From Trichoplax adhaerens (taxonomy: Eukaryota; Animalia; Placozoa), in the NCBI RefSeq assembly GCF_000150275.1, contig NW_002060945.1:5195397-5259396 (forward strand): 64,000 bases of DNA, given 5' to 3'. The notes below the pieces were generated by a model that was given only the letters and a program-made list of their open reading frames with translations, searched no databases and was not told where the DNA came from. Shown piece by piece: positions 1-20,500 of the stretch (the stretch's first letter is position 1; each line of letters begins with the position of its first letter). The position numbers and the translations under genes are program-made.

Positions 1-335
1 CGGTCATATTAGAAAATAACTGACCTAAAGTACGCTATTAGAAACTTGTTACCTGAAACTATCGCTGAAGTACCAGCAGTAATGATAATTAATTATAACA
101 CGTAGTCATTATAGTGGAATAACCGTAGCTGTATAAAGTTTTTAAATATATTATATAGTATGGATAATATGCTAGACCACACTAGTTTTACAAAGTTGCA
201 GTGCAGATATCGTTATGTTCTCTATCGCGACCCTAGGTCAATCATGCAATACTCGGTTAGACACTGCAAAGTAGCCTGATGCGTGGAGTCCACTTCTTTA
301 TTCGTATTGTCATTTTGCAATCATACATAACAGAT

Positions 336-462
336 ATCACTGAAATAGAACAGAATTGAATGCCCTATACAACATTAAAGTTTGAAGCAATTTCATCGGG
401 ATTCTAAGTTAGTGCTGTTAGAATCTAGATGAAATCGCTTCAGATTATTCTATTTCAGCGAT
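336..462. repeat. Long imperfect inverted repeat
   Basis: Arms 383-407 and 418-442 are complementary at 22/25 positions with a 10-nt loop; outer arms 336-350 and 448-462 at 14/15. Confidence 0.85.
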
Positions 463-1041
463 GTTTGTATAGCAACTATGTAAAGTTGGGGTAGATTAAT
501 GAGCATCTAACTACCTGCTACGAAGTGATCGCGAGAAGCTAAAATTCTGAGACATTAGTACTGTACTAACTCAACAGAAATGCAAAAGAACAGCTCTAAG
601 GTGCAGTATTTAAATTTTTACATTTCTGCACAAATGGGTTATCCACACAAGAATACCTTGTTAAAAAATACTTTAGTTAAGAACATTTTATATCCACGGG
701 TCACCCAGCTTTTGCAAATAGACCGACACTTTGAATCTTCGTAGTTGGGTAGTTAGACATGGTGTTTATTTTGGCACCGCTAGAATCTTGCAATGTAGTA
801 CAATTGGGCTCGCACGATAAACAAGACGCTAAGGATTTAGGATGGGTTTATTTCAAGATGAAGACAAGAGCAACATGAGCCACACATACGAGATTAATAG
901 AACGAATTCTTGATATAAAAGTAGCGATATTATGACATTGAATACATAGTTATGATCACGATAAACATAATACAAGCGGAATAGGATTGTATATGTTCGC
1001 ATTTAACTATAAACTGGAAAACTAGAAATCTGTGACATGGA

Positions 1042-4000
1042 TCAGGGTTTCTTAAGTATGCCAGTATATTTCATAATCAAACGTACAGTCTCTCGATAGA
1101 CCTTCGTAGCAGAATTAAGCCCCCATATGAAGTCTAAGTGTTCATAATCCGATAATGTCCTGTTAAAAACAAGATTGGGAATCTTGGACAACAATGACTT
1201 GACATCAGTAGGGTCTGCTAAGAAATCATGGCCACCACTAAATACCGCCGTTGGTACGTGCATTTTATTCACATGGTAAATGGGAGGAGTAGTCTAGAAC
1301 AAGATAGCATGATAAATTATATCGATAGGAGAGCAAAAATTGGATATATATAAGCTGAGTTAAATATTTAGGATTACATGATAAATTGCGTTAAGGTCAG
1401 TAGGTGAGCAAAAAAAGAATACCTATCAGCTGGGACAAATACTTAAGATTTCGTACCTGATCATAATGAAGTTTGTTCTCATGTTTGTTACCGAAATCGA
1501 ACATCTGAAATTTCTTTGATAAATACATCTGCAAAAATATCATATTAAATGTGATTTCAAGCCTTAATAGTAAGAGAAAACTTTATAAAGCTATTCACAT
1601 TAATAAATATTATAATATAAATTTTATATCATTATGACAAAATTAAGCTTGATAAAACATCGCTATCTTATCATTGCTAAATAGCTAATAAACTGCTATC
1701 AATAATACGATCATAGCATTATTTATCTAACTAAATTAAATATCTATAGTAGGTACAATAATACACTTTAGTAACAGTACAGACTACAGCGTATCAATCT
1801 ACAAACCTGAGCAAAATGTAACATATTGCGGACTGATGTACCAGCTGGTGTATGGGATAAGTAAACTGGAAGACGTGTCTATAAAATTACAAGAGATATA
1901 AGATAAGATTCAAAAAAATTGAAAAAGAGTTGCAGTTACTTTACATGAGGTTTTAGCTTTTATAACCTCTTCTAGTAACTATAGCATATTTTACAAGAGT
2001 ACTACACAATATTACATACGACGTTTAGCTGTGGTTTATCGAATCCAGTTATTAAGAATATCATATCTTCACACAATTTGTTCAAATATCTTGTACCACA
2101 AACTTCAGTAGCCAATAGCTTTATTAAGAAATCGTTCGGAAGAAAGTCTTTGTAGCCTAAGAGCTGGAACAAATCCTTAAATCGAAATTAGGAAAGCAGA
2201 TTTGTAGCACCTGATTATATTGCGATGAAGTTAATCAAGTAACAATCACTATTACTTCGTTAACTTTGCACAACAATAATAGAAGGCTTATTGTATGCCA
2301 ATCACTTAATAATACATACGCTGAGATCTTGACTAATGTAGGCCAAATATTTTAATCCGCTTTTAATGTGATCAATAGTAGTAATTGGTGCTAAAGCGAC
2401 AAATAACTTCACTTTTTTAGCTAAGACATGATTTTTCGAGAATTCTGCAAACGCTACCAAAGTTCCTTGTGAATGGCCAACGTAAACCAGATGCGACTGC
2501 TTCGTAAAATTTAATACGTACTCTAACATTGCAGGTAAGTCATACTTTGCTATTTCATCCCAACTGCAGTAAGCATAATAACATGATCTCAGTGTTATAA
2601 ACTGAAGCAGGATATTATCATAAAAATATTTGGATGATTAAGTATATAGTAGTATTTGCCTGATATCGAGAAGAACAATTGTCGGTTCACTATAACAAAT
2701 TATTAACTCCTCTAGCGTAACCCTCATATACAACTTTCACAGAGCCGGAAAATGGTATATAGAGAGCTGATAATAAGATACGTATACAGATGAAATTGGA
2801 TCATTTAGACTATTATAGAGGCTATGAATGAATTCGAACGAGCGGAAGTGCGCGTATTAATGAAAAGATTTAATCAGTTATTTAACAAATCACAACGCTA
2901 AATAACATTAATTACTGGTACTCTACTAATAGTATATATATATATATATATATAATGCGCTTGACAGTTTCATCGCAAGCATCACTATTTTAAGTAGTAT
3001 ACACTTAGACGATAAAAATGAATTATTTTGAAAAAATTTTCATTGCAGCTACCATAAGATAAATCTGTAGTACGATCACAGTGCTAGAACTTCATGGCAT
3101 AAGGAAATACCACCTACTTATGATGCGGTTGTTATATTCCATAATATTTTGTTAGAATGTACTAAAACGCATATACTACTTTAAAAGATTAATAACTGCA
3201 AGCTACAATAGACTATGAAGAGACTGCTATAGTTTTGTTTTCTAACTTATTAATGTAGTAGTTACTGTACGTATACAGTAGACTGCTTGGGGGTTCTATT
3301 TTATGCCTGAGACTCAAAATGATGATATGCGACATGGGATCATAAAGCATTCAGATATTATCTTAGCAATAACCTCCAATTCCAAAATGCATCCTGATCA
3401 GGCTTGAGAGTAACATGATTTCTAGAATAGGTATTACCCCTAACATTTCCAAGCCAAACATCTAATTCGTTATCCGCTAAAATGAAACCTAAACTCTCAT
3501 TCGATAAATTTATTACCCAATCGGCGCTAGAGCATAGCAGGCAGTGCATTAAAAATACGACTGGCTTTCTTTTGTCATAGTTGACGTCAATCGGCTTTTC
3601 TCTACCTTGAGGAATTCTTTGTATATTCAGAATGAAACCATCCTCAGTCTTGACGAAATGATTTTCTACAGGATAGCCTTTGCTGGTGATTAGTTTCGTC
3701 TATATCGATTTATGGAAAGTGAATACGAGAAAACTTCTTGACGAAAACTTAATGGCAATGTATCTAACGTACGCGTATATGCCTATACACAGTGTAATGT
3801 AAACGACGTTTAAAAATGGCTGCCAATCCACTATAAAGCTGTGACGCCTGTAAAAACTACTGCCGGCAGCGAAAATGCTACAAGCATACCAGTAAGAGCG
3901 AGAGATTTCTCAATAGTAATCATTAATTACACTGCTGCTCAGATATTGCGCAAGTAAATTACATTGCATTCATTGCACTCCAATATTCACCCAGTGTTCT

Positions 4001-4253
4001 GTGCAACTCTACTGTACAAGTGTATAGTATAGTATACTGCTCCGGTAGTTAATATAATTTTAAAATAGACCATTTTCTGGAGCTCACAGAATTCATTAGT
4101 GGAGGTAACTGTAATTTCTGATCACAAGTACAAAATATTACTTACAACATTTACTCCAATATCAGGATCTCCATTGCTATTTTCTGTGGTTAATACCGCA
4201 AAAGCGAACCCACAGACGATCGCATTTACGTAGAGAATCAGTAAACGCTGCAT
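1042..4253 (-). CDS. LIPA: Lysosomal acid / gastric lipase family secreted lipase (7 exons)
   Basis: Exons 4146-4253, 3374-3699, 2320-2563, 2020-2175, 1807-1878, 1457-1528, 1042-1293, all GT-AG and phase-consistent. Signal-peptide-like N-terminus MQRLLILYVNAIVCGFAFA; family motifs GYPVENHFVKTEDGFIL, DVWLGNVRGNTYSR, WDEIAKYDLPAM, nucleophile GHSQG, PAGTS, catalytic Asp (DFLAD) and His (HLDFIWG). The symbol denotes the family, not proven orthology. Confidence 0.93.
2933..2954. repeat. (TA)11 microsatellite
   Basis: Direct reading, lipase intron 2. Confidence 0.9.
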
Positions 4254-4554
4254 GAACTCAAGTGCTGCTTGTAAAGACTATTCTTGTTGTTATTAAACAG
4301 TTCCGATGTTCATAATAACAAATTAAATAGAAAGAGTAGTACGAAAAACTGAGTACTGCATTAATCGCAGCTAATAAATAAAAAAAACGTACGAAATTTA
4401 GCAACTCTATCGAGTTTTAATAATTCATAGTTATACTGTATAGTGTATACTTATACGCGTAGTACCGATTAATTAATTTAATTGAATAAATGCCATTTGG
4501 TGTCACTTCCAGTCCCGAATTTTTCTCTTTACAAGTGTGATATCTCATCAGCGA

Positions 4555-4780
4555 ACTGTACTGTACAGTACAGTACAGTAAAGTTCTGTAGTTCAGTACT
4601 ATACTGTACAGTATACAGTTTAGTAGAGTATTTACAGTACACTATGCATTACTGTACGTACAGTACTGTAAGCACACTGTACAGTACACTGTACAGTAAC
4701 ATACAGTACTGTATGATATCGCGCTCTTTTTGCAATAGTATACAGTACTGTACAGTACGTACAGTACAGTACTATGTCGT
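4555..4780. repeat. Degenerate TACAG/CTGTA pentamer tract upstream of the lipase
   Basis: Runs such as ctgtactgtacagtacagtacagta; orientation switches at TGTACA/AGTACT palindromes; produces spurious YSTVQ/YCTV ORFs. Confidence 0.9.
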
Positions 4781-6086
4781 TTTACATAGTAATGTGACCG
4801 AAACTGAATTCCTAAAATCCAGTACAATTATTGCATTTTGGAATGATTTGCGATACTTGATCTTACTAGGGGTAGTATCACTAGCATGGCAGTTGTAGTA
4901 CCAGTACTAGCACTATGCAAAAAAAATAGGAATGAAGATCTCTAGAATGAGTGTCGGATGGCTAGTAATGTATTCGACAGAACGTAGAAATGCATTACTC
5001 TGGTCCACAGATACATTTTAGCGCCGTAGTAGAGTAGGTTCGGTTCATTCAAGTTGCGCCAAGCTGAAAAAAGTCCTGTTTACAATTGTCTAGTAAGATT
5101 TGGCTTTTTATAACATTGCCTGGAACCTGAACCGTCCTACAGTTCCTGGGCGTACTGTACTGCCGTTATGCTTATACAGTACCTGAGTATCTCTGATCTA
5201 CGCTGGCTCAAAACGGCTATTGATCATTGAACTTAGATATCAAAAAAAGTCATTCACTTTACTTCCGTGATCGTGACATCAGCGACTTTTGAGAGAAAAT
5301 TCTTTAAAGAAGTACCTGATGAAATACTGTACAGTATGTACTACTGTAAATACTAAAAGTAAGACTAGTATTCTCTTAATTAATAAGAGTAATGGCACCA
5401 TTACTCTTCTACAGTACATGACCATTCTTACCCCTTTCAAAGTACAGTATAGCACAGTAGTTTTCTGTGTCGTAGTTTATGTTCAAGCACAGTACAGTAA
5501 TTATACATAATTAGTACTGCAATGTACGACTTAATTACCACGTAATAATCTGCTGTACACTGACGCACATAATGAGTTATTTCTGACAATTTCGAAAGGT
5601 TTACTTTGTACATTACAGTAAATGATCGCAGTATTTCAGTATCATATGATATTGAAAGAAGATCTACAGTAATATACGATACATCATTTCACTTATAGAA
5701 CGGCATCCCTAATTGGTAATTGGTGAAAAGATTTTAGTCAAAAGGGTTAAATGAGAATACAGTAATGAGTAACATTGCATTACATATAGAGATTACAGAG
5801 CTATAACATTTACGAAACTAATTCAATAATGCTTATAAATGTTTAAACTGCAAGGCAAAGATGGATATCGTGTAATTTAATCATAATTGATCATGTTACA
5901 GCAACGAAGTCTCCATAGTAAAGGGTTAAAGAGCTTTTTCGATAGCAGTACCCTAGCAATATACGAGAGTTAAAGATCTTGATTTAAACATATGATCCAC
6001 CTTTAGACTGTTCGCTATTTACAATTCTAGGCTAAATCAAAGATTACAAGGATTCTTTTAGCGCATTTCAGTACAATCTATTCGAA

Positions 6087-15240
<9,154 letters not shown>

Positions 15241-16544
15241 CTTAGTGTGATTAATATATTCTCGGTTTCCAGTTGAATAATATAAGCCCTTAAATAATGT
15301 CTAAATCTTAACTTGTATGCAAATTGAAGTTGCAATGCTTGGAAGCTGGATTTTGTGGTTTTCGTCTTCCCGTAGGTAGAATCACCAGAGTAATACGGCA
15401 ATCGCAACTATTTTATGTTGTTATGATGTAAATTGATTGAATCCAATGTTGATGACTATATCTACACTTGTCAATATCTACTAGCAACTGTACAGTGCAT
15501 GCGGCAGGCTGTTCTCAGCTCGCGTAGCTCTGAACTAAAAAACCCTATCAACTAAACGTTTGTACGTACAGTACCGTATACTATAGTACTATGCAAATCT
15601 CTAATTTACTCAGTACAGAACTACTGAGTTAGACTTTAAAAGTAAAAATTTTATTTTGTAAGACTGATTCGTTCACTTCTACGGTAAGGTTACAGAATAT
15701 TACTTATTGTGTACGAGCGTGTAACGTTGGTTTAAACGCGGCTGACAAAATAAATTTTAGCAAGATTCAAAGTAAGTTACTCAGTATCAGTTAAACTGTA
15801 AATAGTCGTAAACTGTAAGAAATACTTTAGTCGCGAGTTTTTAATACAGCACCTATGAAACTAACCAGCTGCTACAGGTACAGCAACTTACTCATGATGT
15901 AAAAATAATAAACTGTAGTAGAAGTATTTGCAGTGCTTATTTCAATCATTAAAGCAAAAATAATTACTGTAATCGGTTACCTTTTCAGTAGTAAAGCCTT
16001 ACTATAGAATGTACTACTAATATATCAGTTGCTATGATTGCTTCAAAGAAGATATTACAACTAAATTAAAATTAAAATTATTACATACTTTCCTTACTGA
16101 AGGAGCTACAGATCAGACTACAGTATAGGTATATAGTAATAGCCTTGTACTGTATAAGAAGCTAATTTTCTTGTCAATTTAAATTACTGTTTAATCAATT
16201 ATCGTTGTAAAATTGGGTTCAAACTGACAGCCTTGACAAACTATTATTGTAATTATGGATATATTATATACTGTACTGTTGATTGGATAATATGCTATAC
16301 TTCCTCTTGTCTTTCCAATAATAATTCTACTTGCAATTGCTGTACCGTATCCGTCTATAAATCCAAGCACTTCAATCCACTTTTATGTTATTCGTTATTT
16401 GACACCACCGCGGTGATTTATTTTTTTTTTATCTAGTAAACCCGATGCTTTAATGCTGTACCAGCAGACACTTTACCGTGCTGACTGTAGCGGTATGGTT
16501 GGAACTTCTGCGCAAACACGGTTCTCGGGTTCTGTAACACTATT

Positions 16545-17490
16545 GTAATGTACAGTACTGTACTGTACTGTACACAGTGTACTGTACAGTACCGTACTGT
16601 AGTATATACTGTACAATACAGTACTATACTTTACTGTACTGTATAGTACTGTGTAAGTTAGCTAAATTAGTACAAATGATACTGGACTGGCGGCTGATCC
16701 TACTGTACATTGTACAAGTGTACGGTGTACAGTAATCATCTATGTACTGTACAGTAGTACTACAGCAAAGTTTCGCGCCACTTGACAGTACTGTACTGTA
16801 CTGTATAGTGCAGCACAGTAAATCATTTTATCATTTTAACGTAAATTAACAATCCGCGACAGCATCGATGCTGTGTATCATTGTAAATTAAATTTAAATT
16901 TGATTAGCAACAAGCCAACACCAACTGTTTGCCAAGAGCAACGCATACACGTTAACAGTAAACAATCCAGCAACCACGGTGTCCACAGCGCTGTACTGTA
17001 CGGTACGGTACTTCCCGTATTGTTCCTTTCCCAACATCGGAAAGAAATCTTCTTTACGTACGGTACCGACGAACGAACTACGACAGTGAAATGTCATCAG
17101 TACTGTACGTACGTACAGTATACCGCAAATCGCGTAAAATCACAATAACAGTGACTGACTGTACAAATATGATACGAAGTAGCTTATAGAAAGAAAGTTA
17201 TCCTTATCTTTGATTAATTTGCACCCTGATACTGCCCCGTACCCGCACAACATGCCGTACAAATAAATAAATATAAAATAGTACAGTAGTTAGTAGGTAA
17301 CGAGTAAAATTTTATTTTTCTATAGAATATTAGCTAGATCTTTATCCGCGGAATACAGTACTGTACAGTACTGTACAGTGTACAGTCAGGGCCAGGACTA
17401 CGGACCAGATCAGACCATACAGTTACAGTACTATACAATAAGGTTTACAGTATACTGTACAGTAATACACAGTGCACAGTACTGTAATAT
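16545..17490. repeat. TACAG/CTGTA tracts upstream of PDE3 (blocks ~16545-16810, 16990-17125, 17350-17490)
   Basis: Direct reading; the blocks are interspersed with GC-richer unique sequence. Confidence 0.88.
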
Positions 17491-17530
17491 TTTCTGTTCA
17501 GATTTTTGGGGGTCAAAAAAGACATAATAT

Positions 17531-17554
17531 AATTAATTAATTAATTAATTAATT
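17531..17554. repeat. (AATT)6 microsatellite
   Basis: Direct reading. Confidence 0.9.
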
Positions 17555-20500
17555 GCCGAATTACATATCAGATTGTAGAGGAAGATCTCAATTTTTCGAA
17601 TATTGCTACCAAATGAATTATAATAGCCTCATAAAGTTGGTTTAAAATTTCAATTCACGCACTAGTATATTTTACGTTTTTACCCATAGTTACAAATTTA
17701 GCTCACATGATCCAAGCCGGTTTAAAGTACTGTATTTTACATTAATTATTGTTACTTTTTCCCATTTTAAGTATCTGATATGAAAATAAGTAAACACTCA
17801 GCCTAGCTATGTGTAGATATTACGTAGTTCTATACATATACGTGTATTTTTCACTACGAGTGAAATATCGAACTTTGATGCAGATTATCCGGCAATCACA
17901 GAGTTGAAAACTGCTCCTCAAATGGCGGTAATTAACTAAGTACAGTAAATTCCACTTTTGGTGATAGCAGCTGCCTAGAAACGTTCACTGCACGGCGTAT
18001 TACGACCTCTGCAGCTGATACTCCGATTATATAATATATATACGCGTGTATATAATAAGTGCTGCGAAGTCAGTCAATGCGGTTAAAGATCAGATTGATC
18101 ATCTACTGATATCAACAATTATAACCATAATATATAATTAGTTGCTCTCAGCAACTGAGATAAGTAAATGTGTACGCGTTTTCTGAATCAATCGATATAA
18201 CAATCGGATAGCTAGCGGTAAAAATCTAGTAAATTTAATCAATGGAATCATTCATTATTGTTTACGATATCGCGCATACTGTAATTATTAAAGTGATTTT
18301 GAATAAAATCACTATCATGTCACTTAAAAAAATTAGCTTAAGACATACTGTATATCATGATTTACATAAGACTAATTTATTATACCTCTATAATAATACA
18401 CGTATATTACTGTACCGGATTGCTCGTTAATCAAGTTGACCGAGTTATAGCAAGTTCTTAGCAATCTATCATTTCAGGCTAGGTTTGTAGTCATCGATTT
18501 TAAATTATTGCCTATAGGTCTTTATATATCTTCACTTGAATATTCATACTCGTACTACATTCTGGGCGTAGATTAAAACCATTAGATAGAGAAGAGGTCT
18601 TCTCTATCTACCATTAGTTTCATTATGGCGAGTAGACTGAACGAATTTTATATTTATACTTTAACAGAGTCTGCTTGATTATATTTATATATAATTAATC
18701 GAATAGCCTCTAATACTTAGCAATTGACGTAATCAATACTAGAAATTATCTAGGATACAATACCAATGTACGTAGTATGATACTTTAATTTATATTGTTG
18801 GAACGATTTTTTTTTTAATCATACGTTTATCTGGGCGATCAATAATACTTTCCTCTAAGATGTAATATTTAACCTTTGTCCTTTAAATATCTTTAGCTAA
18901 AAGATATATACCACATTTAATGTCACATATGTATTTGTATATGTAAGAACAGTAGAATATTTCCCTGTTACACCAATTACTTTTATAAAGATACAGTAGT
19001 AAATTCAGTAATACGGTAGTGATCATACTGTGCTGAATGCGAATTTGCATAGGTATTAAATTCCATCAAGACCCTACTAGAAATAGATCCAGCACCGGTA
19101 CTACATCGACGCTATTTTCTCTATTGAAAGATATCTTCTCTTAAACTTCTCAAGTATTAGCCGAAACAACTGATTAATTTTAAGTCATACAGTCGTAAAT
19201 TCAGAAATTTTCACTAGATAACCGAATGAAATTGAAAGTTTCTTTAAATAATGTCTATGTCTATAACAGTACTGTATAGTATACATTGCTTTTAACCATG
19301 CATAAAAGGAGATAATCTATTATGTCACATCTGTCAACTATATACATTGTAGTTAACTAGTGTTTAATGCGATTGTGAGAACTAAAATTTAAGAGAGAGA
19401 GCACTCACAGAGGTACAGTATGTACGCACTGCGTGCTTATTATTGCACACGTACGTCATTACTGAGTATCATATTACCATTGCAGTATATACGGAAATCG
19501 CATAATTAACTGGGAATTTACTATGTGACAAGATTACACCAAAGCAATATTGAATATATTTATAAGTTATACTGTGATCAGAATACTCTATTAATTAGTA
19601 CGCATGTAGACTCTGCTAAGTGATTACAGAATACATGCAGGATTAAATAAATATAATCAGATCGAGTACAGTACGCGAAGTATCACGAACGAGACTTCCA
19701 CTAGCAATCAATAATGCATAATCCTAATACACCATATAAAATAAACATTGTACACAATGCTGCGTTGCATAAATCTCAGAAGTGAGTATATGTTAATTAT
19801 AAATTAAAATCTAAAGACTCTCTTCTGTAAAATTATATTTGCATCCAAGTATTGTTCAAACAATACTAACACAATTTACATAACTTCTACAATTTTTGCA
19901 AAAAAATACGTTTTAGTACAGTTTAATTCAAGTTAACAAAAGTCATCGGCTTTTTTACTGTATATTAGCGATAATCCCCAATTTGATATTAACAAAGTGC
20001 AGCACATTCATTTTATAAACGATGCAAAAATTGTACTATGTAAAAGTCATAAGAATGCTATTTACAGTTAGCCTCCAGTAAATGATCTATAGTTATATAC
20101 GGGATTCAGAAAAGTATATGTATAGGCACATGATCTTTGCCCGCAATTATTTCCAGAATTAGAATTAACATACGCGTATATTTTAAATACCATTGCTCTA
20201 CGATAGGGTATTAAAGAATCTCAGTAAGATAATTTCATATATATCGTTTTTACTTCGAAATTGCTATAATAGATGATATAAAGGCGTCTTTTTATGAATA
20301 AAATTTATGAGTAACGAGCAAGTACTACGGTAGTTGTATTATGTAGTGCTGAAATACGACTTTAATGTCGTACTAACTGTTGTAGCTGAGTAACAATGCA
20401 GACAAATATCACCGCCAGGAAAAGAATTGTAACGCAATTGTGGTGTTTTTCAAGAATATAAGTTAACATCTTTCCAAGTTCAAATCAATTTAAAAAATCT

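Noticed and set aside
4929-5290. 7SK-like GAUC motifs (CTGATCTACGCTGGCT)
   Set aside because: Internal T4/T5 runs would terminate Pol III, and the spacing does not fit the 7SK 5' hairpin.
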